A stretch of DNA of 64,000 nt. It comes from an uncultured archaeon (lineage in GTDB: Archaea > Asgardarchaeota > Hermodarchaeia > Hermodarchaeales > Hermodarchaeaceae). The notes beneath the pieces are model-generated. The model saw only the letters and a program-made list of their open reading frames with translations, did not search any database and was not told the DNA's origin. A program made the position numbers and the translations under genes. Shown here piece after piece: positions 9,299 through 17,800 of this stretch (its first letter is position 1; every line of letters begins with the position of its first letter). Where the stretch lies: the NCBI GenBank assembly GCA_964347045.1, contig CAYFXC010000011.1:1-64000 (forward strand). The letters run 5' to 3'.

Positions 9299-10768
9299 AT
9301 GCCAAAAGGTCTAAGTGTTTGCCGGTGGGACGACAAAGTCGGTCTTCGCGTCGTTGGCGTTTATCCTCGAAATCTTGATGTGTCTGAAGACGACATGCTT
9401 CGTGTCTTCACGGCACATGCCATGGGAAAGCCGGAAGCGGGATTTCTAACCATGACTCTCGAAGGAACCAATATGGCTGTAAGTAGTTTCTATACTGGGA
9501 TTCTTCGTGGTCGTGATCAATTTTGCATTATGCTGTTTATGGATTTGGAGGAGGAACCTCGAGCATATGAAGAGGGATTGACGCTTGCCTCAAGTGAGAT
9601 TGTGGAAAATATTGGAGAGCCAGAATTTGTTGAGTATCTTGGTGAAGTTTTTGAGAAGCTGAAACGTATGGTGGAGCTGTCTGTGGAGCAGCGACTTGCC
9701 AAAGTGTTTGTTGATCAAGAAACCCGGTTGCTTATGCACAAGCTGGCTCGCGGAGGGATTCCCGCTGAGGAGCTGCGTGAGTGGCTCGAATTACAGACAG
9801 GGAAACATTATCCGGATTTAGGACTTGTGACATTGCCGCTGTTACGAAGTGGGCTAGTTGAAGAAGATTGGATTAACGCTGTATCAGATAACTGCGTATT
9901 TTTAGTCAATGATCTACTGGGTGCCCGATTTCCACCCGAACAATCACTTAAACTAGCCAAAGGTGGCGGATTGAATAGGGAGCAGTATCGTGAATATGAA
10001 AACCGCATTAAGAGCTTATTTGAGGGATATCAATGGACTGAAGAAGATACGATTATGATTGGACAACTTCTTCTCGATCCGGATATTTATGATGTGACCA
10101 AAACATTGCGGCGGAAGATTGCGCAAAAATCTGAGTTGAAAGGGGTTGTTGAGAAGGAAGCTTCGTTGGATAATGTGCTACGACGTTTAGAGCAAGCACA
10201 AGTGATTACACAAATGGGCACGGACTCCATCGAGATTTCTAAAAAAGATGATCCCCTGATTATGCTGACAGCAGATGTGCACTTTGAATCATTCTTTCCT
10301 GAGTTCTTGGTGCTTCGTATCCAGGAGCGTTTAGAGGCAAAGGATATTCATCCCGATATAGCGAAGCGGCATTTGGAATTACTTAGTGAGACCTATATGC
10401 GTATGCGTGAGAAAATGAAAGAACGCAAGAAACGCAAGAAGGAAGAGGGTGAAGAAGAACTTCCTGAAATGGAAGCGGAAATGGCACCACCTCCTGAACT
10501 CGCTGAAGTTGAACCACCCGAAACCGCTGATTTGCCCCCTGTAGATGAAGCAGAAGCAAAACGCATCCAGAAGGAAGAAGAAAAGAAGCGGAAAGAGGAA
10601 GAAAAACGCCTTAAAGAAGAAGAAAAGAAAAAGAAGAAAGAGGAAGAGCGAAAACGGAAAGAGGATGAAAAGAAGCTGAAAGAAGAAGAGAAACAAAAGA
10701 AGAAGGAAGAGGAAGAAAAGAAGAAAAAAGAAGCTGAGAAGAAAAAGAAAGAAAAGGAAGGTTCATAA
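9299..10768 (+). CDS. uDENN/longin-like + tandem winged-helix protein with E/K-rich charged tail
   Basis: ATG 9299 with GGGAG SD (preferred over 9140); W-D-x-x-x-G...YP uDENN-type N-terminus; two wHTH-like segments (LPLLRSGLVEE; LRRLEQAQVI); E/K tail. Confidence 0.75.
   Translation: MPKGLSVCRWDDKVGLRVVGVYPRNLDVSEDDMLRVFTAHAMGKPEAGFLTMTLEGTNMAVSSFYTGILRGRDQFCIMLFMDLEEEPRAYEEGLTLASSEIVENIGEPEFVEYLGEVFEKLKRMVELSVEQRLAKVFVDQETRLLMHKLARGGIPAEELREWLELQTGKHYPDLGLVTLPLLRSGLVEEDWINAVSDNCVFLVNDLLGARFPPEQSLKLAKGGGLNREQYREYENRIKSLFEGYQWTEEDTIMIGQLLLDPDIYDVTKTLRRKIAQKSELKGVVEKEASLDNVLRRLEQAQVITQMGTDSIEISKKDDPLIMLTADVHFESFFPEFLVLRIQERLEAKDIHPDIAKRHLELLSETYMRMREKMKERKKRKKEEGEEELPEMEAEMAPPPELAEVEPPETADLPPVDEAEAKRIQKEEEKKRKEEEKRLKEEEKKKKKEEERKRKEDEKKLKEEEKQKKKEEEEKKKKEAEKKKKEKEGS
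10561..10765 (+). repeat. purine-rich low-complexity coding repeat encoding an E/K/R single-alpha-helix-like tail
   Basis: EEEKKRKEEEKRLKEEEKKKKKEEERKRKEDEKKLKEEEKQKKKEEEE pattern; near-pure GAA/AAG codons. Confidence 0.85.
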
Positions 10769-10788
10769 TCCATTAGCTTTGCTAGGCT

Positions 10789-11457
10789 TCAATCTTTGAG
10801 CGTTCGTTGACGGTTTGCACTGCTAATATCACGAGCCGTCTCCCATGTTTGTCGGACAATATCTGGATACGTGCTATGCCTTTGAATCCAATCAGTAAGA
10901 AAACGCCTTGTTTTGGGATCATTTGGGTATCCACTACCAAAGTCTCCATAGGTTCTATGAAATTCTCGAATTCGCTGGTCCCTATGAACCTTAGCAACAA
11001 TCGACGCAGCGGCAACAATAGGATAAGTGGAATCGGCTTTGTGTTCGCTAATAATTTTATTTGGGATTTTCAATTGAGCAGTGATGATTCGTCCATAACG
11101 CTCTGCATTCACATCGGATGCATCAACATATGCCACATCCCATTTGAGTCTATTCAACACCTTCGCCATCCACTCTGCCTCCAAGACATTAAGGCTACGC
11201 TTCTTTTGGCGTTCGGCATCAATTTCTTTCGCAGTGATTTCAAGCACTTCAACACTAGAAGCTAGTTGCCGAATCCGTTGATCCAGCGCTTCTCGACGGT
11301 TAGCTGTTATTTGTTTAGAATCTCGAACCCCCCATTCATTAAGAGCTTCTTTCTTGGAGGCTGCAATAACGACTCCAGCAATAACTAGTGGACCAATGAC
11401 CGGACCACGTCCTGCCTCATCGATACCTGCAATATTTTGCGTCAAACCCAACACCAA
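10789..11457 (-). CDS. rnhB: ribonuclease HII
   Basis: GIDEAGRGPVIGPLV, RDSK, YVDA, KAD..YPIVAAASIVAKV.RD, GSGYP.DP; C-terminal QRTLKD truncated PIP-like motif. Confidence 0.97.
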   Translation of the reverse strand: MVLGLTQNIAGIDEAGRGPVIGPLVIAGVVIAASKKEALNEWGVRDSKQITANRREALDQRIRQLASSVEVLEITAKEIDAERQKKRSLNVLEAEWMAKVLNRLKWDVAYVDASDVNAERYGRIITAQLKIPNKIISEHKADSTYPIVAAASIVAKVHRDQRIREFHRTYGDFGSGYPNDPKTRRFLTDWIQRHSTYPDIVRQTWETARDISSANRQRTLKD

Positions 11458-11540
11458 ACAATGTAGTTCAGTTATTCCGAAACCATTAACAGTTGCTCAG
11501 ACTTATTAGTTCCTACTAAGTTTGCTTGCTTGTGGCATAT

Positions 11541-11825
11541 ATGTCAGAGTCTAAATATCCAGAAATATGGCTTAGTATGCTCGATGGAAAATTCCGTGTT
11601 TCTTCACGATTACCACCGCCAGCACAAATTCCCGAAGATTTTGATTGTCTGACCCCAGAAGGTGAAACCATGCCAATTTGCGTATCGCCATTATACGATA
11701 CTATTCACGACGCCAAGGGCCGGGCGGCAGCGCTTCAAGCAGACCTCCAACAACAGGGGTGTAAAGTGCTCTTTTTCTTTGAACTGCGTCCTGCAGTTGT
11801 TGGTGATCCTCACGCAAAGCGCTAG
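11541..11825 (+). CDS. hypothetical protein
   Basis: ATG-start ORF with natural composition, divergent from rnhB; 125-nt 3' overlap with the DedA gene. Confidence 0.5.
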   Translation: MSESKYPEIWLSMLDGKFRVSSRLPPPAQIPEDFDCLTPEGETMPICVSPLYDTIHDAKGRAAALQADLQQQGCKVLFFFELRPAVVGDPHAKR

Positions 11826-12558
11826 ATGCATTCTCTGATTCTGATTGTTCTTCTACTGCTGTTGTTTGTATTTGGCGAGCACGACGACGAATGATAATAC
11901 GGTAGAGAATATAGACAACTAGGAATATGAGTAAAAGAACAAGAATCAAAGTTTCAAAAAGATCAATCATCTGAGCGAGATTTTGCCAGCCAATTCCAAT
12001 TATCCATCCTAATATACCTAGTGAAAGGTATCGTGGTAGCGCGCCTAAAAAAGTGAAAAGGGCAAAACGTTTCGCATCCGCTCGAATAGCTCCATAAAGA
12101 AGTGAAACAACGGAGAGCGGAATAATCGGAAATGCACGCGCAGTGAATAAGTAGATTTCATCACGTGAAGACTCCTCTAGGTTTTTCCGCATATACTTAA
12201 TTTCTTCAATGGAAGTACCTAGATATTTTCCATATCTTTCAATAATTGGATAACCACCAAAGTATGCTATTCCATAACCAAAAAAGGATCCAATCGTTGC
12301 TGCAAGGGCTCCAACAAGCATCACGCTAAAAAGAATAACCAAGATGGCTTGGAGTGGTGGCATTCCCCAAGTAAGAATGAATCCCGCGGCCATTGGAACA
12401 AGTGGCGATGGAATGGGTGCAATGAATGTTTCAATCATGACACCAAGAAAGACGCCAAGTGGACCTAGGGCTACGACCCATGAAATAAGCAGGTAGATAA
12501 CGCTATCTATCCACGCATCAAAAGCTTGTAACCAAGCAATAATCACTTCAATAATCAT
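11701..12558 (-). CDS. DedA/VTT family membrane protein
   Basis: IETFIAPIPSPLV, GSFFGYGIAYFGG, R.FPIIP..VVS..YG, F..FTFLGALPR. Confidence 0.9.
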   Translation of the reverse strand: MIIEVIIAWLQAFDAWIDSVIYLLISWVVALGPLGVFLGVMIETFIAPIPSPLVPMAAGFILTWGMPPLQAILVILFSVMLVGALAATIGSFFGYGIAYFGGYPIIERYGKYLGTSIEEIKYMRKNLEESSRDEIYLFTARAFPIIPLSVVSLLYGAIRADAKRFALFTFLGALPRYLSLGILGWIIGIGWQNLAQMIDLFETLILVLLLIFLVVYILYRIIIRRRARQIQTTAVEEQSESENASSALREDHQQLQDAVQRKRALYTPVVGGLLEALPPGPWRRE

Positions 12559-12602
12559 GTCCTGTTCCCCTCGCTCAATAGTTATGCTTACGTGTTTTTA
12601 TC

Positions 12603-12941
12603 TTACTCGCCAGGGTGTTTACTAAGTATATCTTCTTTAGATGGAAACTCCGGATCATCGGCAAGGGCAATTGTACCATAACGTCCCGCAGAGAGTTCCA
12701 TTTCACCACGGAATGTTTTGATGAAACCATTTTCGACGTCGACAATTGCTCCCTCATCAACCTTGTCAATATCATCATTCCAGAGTGATAATTTGATTGT
12801 ACCTGTTTCATCACCCGCTTGCGCAGTAGTAACACGGGCTTTTCCATAGCGTGTCTGCACGTCTCGAACGGGCGCTAAGGATAGGATACGTAGACGGATG
12901 TTAACACTTCGGGATGCAGAGGTTAATTCATAAACTTTCAT
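12603..12941 (-). CDS. ssb: single-OB-fold single-stranded DNA-binding protein (crenarchaeal SSB/RPA type)
   Basis: MKVYEL...VN...GDETGTIKLSLW...G.IVDVENG..KTFRG.MEL..GRYG. Confidence 0.9.
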   Translation of the reverse strand: MKVYELTSASRSVNIRLRILSLAPVRDVQTRYGKARVTTAQAGDETGTIKLSLWNDDIDKVDEGAIVDVENGFIKTFRGEMELSAGRYGTIALADDPEFPSKEDILSKHPGE

Positions 12942-13041
12942 TTTTTAAAAACCTTCATCACAGGAATTTACCAAGGATGTATTAAAGCACACTTTTAAAG
13001 CTTGTAGGAGTGCAGGATTTTCCGGAAAAGAAGGGGTCCTA

Positions 13042-14778
13042 ATGCCAACGGCATCCAAAAATTCTACAACTAAATTTCAAAAGCTTACTGAAGTCTCAGA
13101 GGCTATCATGGGAACCACTAAACGCTTGGAAAAAATGGACCTTGCTGGCAACTTCCTTTCAATGCTTTCTTTCGAGGAGTTAGAACCAGCAGCTTTACTT
13201 CTCATCGGGCGCCCATTTCCTCGAACAAGTCAACGAACACTTGCATTGGATTGGAAGGCGTTAAATCAAATTCTTCAGGAGTTATTACAGCCCTCTCCGA
13301 AGTTAATAGGAAAACTATTTGCTCAATCTGGAGATATCGGTGAAGTTGTACAGCAATTATTCCTGCAATCTGGAACTATCCGGCAATCTACGCTGTTTAC
13401 GACACCTTTGACCATCCATGATATTTATTCAACATTCATAGAAATCGCCGATGCACAAGGCCCGGGCTCACGGAAACGAAAAACAGCTTTACTTCGGGCA
13501 TTGTTTACCCGTGCAACCGCTGTAGAAGCGAAGTACATTGCAAAGCTTCTCCTTGGAGATCATCGCATTGGATTTAGTGAAGGTATGCTTGAAAGCACAA
13601 TCGCCCGAACGCTAGAATTACCACTTGACCTTGTACGTCGAGCAAATATGCTTACCGGGAATATTGGTGAAGTGACGCGTATCGCTTTTCACGAAGGCGC
13701 TAAAGGACTACAAAAAGTGAACCTGTGTACTTTCACACCGTTACTTCCGATGTTAGCCGCTCTTGCTGAAGATGTCGAGCGTGCCCTGCAAATTCACGAA
13801 GGGCGTTCAGCATTTGAAATGAAACTGGATGGGGCTCGAGTACAAATCCACATGCAACGTCAAAATAGACAATCTCGGATTCGAATTTACAGTCGGCGCT
13901 TAACTGACGTAACCGCAAGTCTTCCTGACATCGTTGATTTGATAGATAGTCAAATTAAAGCCCAAAGCTGTATCCTTGAAGGAGAGATTCTTGCAATGGG
14001 CCCAGATGACCGCCCTTTTCCATTTCAACACCTAATGCGCCGTTTCCGTCGGATTCGTAAGGTTGAAGAAATGATTCGTGAAATCCCTGTCACCCTTCAT
14101 CTCTTTGATTTATTAATGCATAATAATGAAGTTCTCATAGATATACCCTACAAAAGACGACGTGAGCGTCTGAACACGATTAGGGGAGAAATTCCTCTCG
14201 TCGAACAATTGATTACATCCCACGTAAAAGACGCTGCATCATTTTTTGATAAGGCTCTAAAATCTGGACACGAAGGACTTGTCGCCAAAAGATTAGATAG
14301 TATCTATCAACCCGGTAAACGAGGTAAGGCTTGGTTGAAGGTTAAACAAAGTATGGAAACACTCGACCTAGTGATTATTGCTGCTGAGTGGGGAACTGGA
14401 CGCCGTCATAAATGGCTCAGTGATTATCATCTCGCCGCCCAGGATTCAGACACTGGCGAATACCATATGCTGGGTAAAACTTTCAAAGGTCTAACAGATG
14501 CTGAATTCGAAGAAATTACTCAGCGTTTACTTGATCTTAAAATCGAACAAAAGGGCGGAATAGTCACAGTTCATCCACGCATTGTTGTTGAAATCGAATA
14601 TGATGAGATTCAACGAAGCCCGACTTATAAATCTGGCATGGCACTACGGTTTGCACGTATTAAGCGATTAAGATATGATAAAGATGCAAGAGAGGCTGAT
14701 ACCATTCAACATGTACAGGATCTCTACAACTCACAATTTCAACGGAAAGCCTCAATTGATCGAATTGGTCGCACCTAG
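13042..14778 (+). CDS. lig: ATP-dependent DNA ligase
   Basis: Motif I EMKLDGARVQIH, EGE, FDLL, EGLVAK, WLKVK, LRFAR..R.DK; PIP-like QSTLF in the N-terminal domain. Confidence 0.97.
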   Translation: MPTASKNSTTKFQKLTEVSEAIMGTTKRLEKMDLAGNFLSMLSFEELEPAALLLIGRPFPRTSQRTLALDWKALNQILQELLQPSPKLIGKLFAQSGDIGEVVQQLFLQSGTIRQSTLFTTPLTIHDIYSTFIEIADAQGPGSRKRKTALLRALFTRATAVEAKYIAKLLLGDHRIGFSEGMLESTIARTLELPLDLVRRANMLTGNIGEVTRIAFHEGAKGLQKVNLCTFTPLLPMLAALAEDVERALQIHEGRSAFEMKLDGARVQIHMQRQNRQSRIRIYSRRLTDVTASLPDIVDLIDSQIKAQSCILEGEILAMGPDDRPFPFQHLMRRFRRIRKVEEMIREIPVTLHLFDLLMHNNEVLIDIPYKRRRERLNTIRGEIPLVEQLITSHVKDAASFFDKALKSGHEGLVAKRLDSIYQPGKRGKAWLKVKQSMETLDLVIIAAEWGTGRRHKWLSDYHLAAQDSDTGEYHMLGKTFKGLTDAEFEEITQRLLDLKIEQKGGIVTVHPRIVVEIEYDEIQRSPTYKSGMALRFARIKRLRYDKDAREADTIQHVQDLYNSQFQRKASIDRIGRT

Positions 14779-14807
14779 CACAATCCTCACTTCAATACTT
14801 GTTTTTT

Positions 14808-17800
14808 TTAGTCTCGAAGCCGAATTTCATTCGAAGAAGATATCCATCGGGGACCTAAAGTCTGATTGAATAACGCTATGTAACTTGCCTGATCACTAAC
14901 TACTGCAACAATTTCGCCTTGATTTCCATACGTCGGAGCGATAAGGACCTCTTCTCCATCTCGAGATCCGCCGTAAAACTCCATTTTTGGGTTGTTCCAG
15001 ATTCTTATGTTACCTTGCTGTAAGAGCTTTTGAGCAATTGCTAGATGTTTTTCTCCATCAAGGGTGGTGATGATGTGAATTCGATTTTGGGGTTGTACCT
15101 TACTTAATTCTGTGATAGGAACTTCGTCAAATGAAGGATACACTAAGGTGATGGTTTCATCGACCCGTCGAAACATATCTAGAAGATGAGTTTGGATTCC
15201 TTCACAGGTAACTATTCGCCAAGTTCGTTCCGCTTCCGCCGGTTCCATCTTCGTGAGAGTGTCCCACAAACCGATTAGTATTTCTTCAGTTTGACTAGCT
15301 TGTGTTCGTAATCGGTTTAAAGTTGGTTCCGTTTGGGTTGTAAACAATTGTAAAGTATTGATTGCGGTTGTTTCAGCAGTTTTGGCTCTTGCTGTAATTT
15401 CTTTCGCCAGACTTTGGTATTCTACTTTCAGGGTCTGCCGTTCTTTACTCAGAGTACGGCTAAGACGTCTACCCGTTTGTTGCGTTTGGGTAACCAGTCC
15501 TTCCTTCGCGTTATCAAGAACTTGCTTTATAGTTGCAGTGACAGACCTGTTTTTCTGTTGGAGATCTTTAGACGTGGCACCTTTGAAGTTTTGCAAACTT
15601 TCTTTCATTCGACGCATGCTATCTTGAACAGCACGATTGAGTCGTGTCTCAGTTAAACTCATTGCCTTGCTTTGGCTTTGTAGTGCCTTTTCGACTTCCT
15701 GACCTATCACGGTTTGAAAAGTTTGTGTGTTTTCATCAATCGTGGCGCCTATATCAGAAAGGAGTTTATTAAATTCGGTTTGCGAACGCAATAATTCTGA
15801 TGTTACTGATTCCGAAAGTTTGTTTGACGAATCATCGATTTTAGTTCCAAAAGTAGAAAGATTTTCTCCTAACTGGGCGATCATGTTTTGTGTTGTGGTT
15901 TTTAGCGTTTCAGTATGCAATTGATAGGACTTGTCATTCTTTGAAAGAGTCGTGTTAAGGATATTCTCTAATGCATTATCAATCTCAGTTTGGTTTTGAT
16001 CAAGGACTTCTTTTCCTTCCTTCGCGACATGATTAAGACTATCCTGCATTTGACTTTGTATTTCCCGTGATTGTTCGGCAAGCGATTGAAACGTTGCCGA
16101 AGTTTCTGTGCTCAGGGCTGTTTGTTGAGCATTCATTGTATTCAGTAAGTTAACCTTACTTGTTTCAATTTGCTCAATGAGTTCAGTATCAATAGTTTCG
16201 CTGGTGTATCCAATCTTCTCTACTAATTTTGCAATAACAGTTTGTAATTGAACTAGCTCCTGTTGTAAAGTCGAAACATAGTCATCAGTTTCTTCAGATA
16301 ACGACGAGGCAAATGATTCTAGAAGTTGGTTAATTGCGGCTCTTTGTTCATCGATGCGAGTCGCGTATGTTTGACCAATTTCTTCAATATTTTGCTGAGC
16401 ATAAGGAATTTGTGTATCAGAAACCTCTTCTAATTGTGTTTGAATTTTATTTACGCCTTCAATTAGAACTGTACCCTGTTTTTGAATCAGATCTTGGATG
16501 TTTTTCTTTAAATTGCCAACTCTTGCTTCTTGGGTTTGTAATTCGGATTGTACACTTTCGACAAAAGAATTAGCACTTTCACTTATCTCTGAAAGATATG
16601 AAGTGGTGGTGTTTTCGATTTCACTGGTCATTGTTTTTATTTTTTCAGTTACTGCGGTTTTTTGTACTGATACATCACTACTTAAAGATTCGAGGATAGT
16701 TTGGGTTTCTTGAAGCTGTGCAATACAGTCTTCTTGCATTTCAGTAATACTTTGAGTGATTTGTTCGTTAATTCCCGTTTTTTCGCGATCAATTGCTTGA
16801 ACTGTGGTAGCCAATAGATTGGTTGTATCGTCTTCGAAATTAGTTAAGTTTGTGTTCATATTTACAATGGCTTGGTCGACAGCGGTTCCAATTGCTCTAT
16901 TTAAGGCGGTGAGATTGCCTACAATAGATGAGGAGTAGTCATTGATAATTTTTGTGAGGGGCAACCAGTATTTTTCAATGAGTGTTCGGGTATTTGCATC
17001 TGCCTTTGTTATACGATTAACAATTTTCGTGGTAACCTTGTCAACAGGCTCACTTAGTGATGGAATCTGAGTAGTTGAATATTCACGAAGTTTGGGTTGA
17101 AGCTGAGTTCGAAGTTGCTTTTCTAATGTAGTTTGAAATTGTACTGCTGTCTGGTTTTCTAAAGCTATTTGGTTATCTTTGATTTTTCTTCGATATGTAT
17201 CTATAATATCTCTTCCACTCTTTTTCAGCAGACTATTTAATTGTGTTTTCAAGGATTTTACTAAATTAGCTTGAATTAGTTGTTTGAGCATAGATTGAAA
17301 TTCGTTGTTTACACGTTTTTTATTAGTCAAGTGTTGGCGCTCAAGAGCTGATTGGTATTCAACAAAAACTGATAATAAGTCCATTATTTGGTTGCTCAAG
17401 TGGCGTTCACTTAATTCGGGAATTACTGCCTTATACAGAGCTTCAAGTTTTGTTTCGTTAGATTGGAAAATAGCGGCAATTTGCTTTTCTCTGTTGGTTT
17501 GTTTTTTAAGTTGTGTTCTGAATGTTTGAAAAATGGTTTCTAATTCCTTTGTGAGCTTGTCACACACGACCTTTTTTTCTTTTGTTAAAACTGTTTTGGG
17601 AAGTGTTCGGATTTTTTCAAGAGTTACCTGAAGTAATTTATCGATTTGCTTCTCACGTTTTGTTTGGCGTGAAATTTTCGTTTTACAATCGCGCATAATG
17701 GGTTTTATTTGATTATTGAACGTGTTGATTACTAGCTCATTGTATTTGGAGATTTGTTGGCTGTAAACCTCAATGAATTCATCACGAGCTAAATTGAAGG

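Noticed and set aside
10379-10773. Phe/Ser-rich antisense ORFs
   Set aside because: Mirror of the GAA/AAG repeat on the + strand
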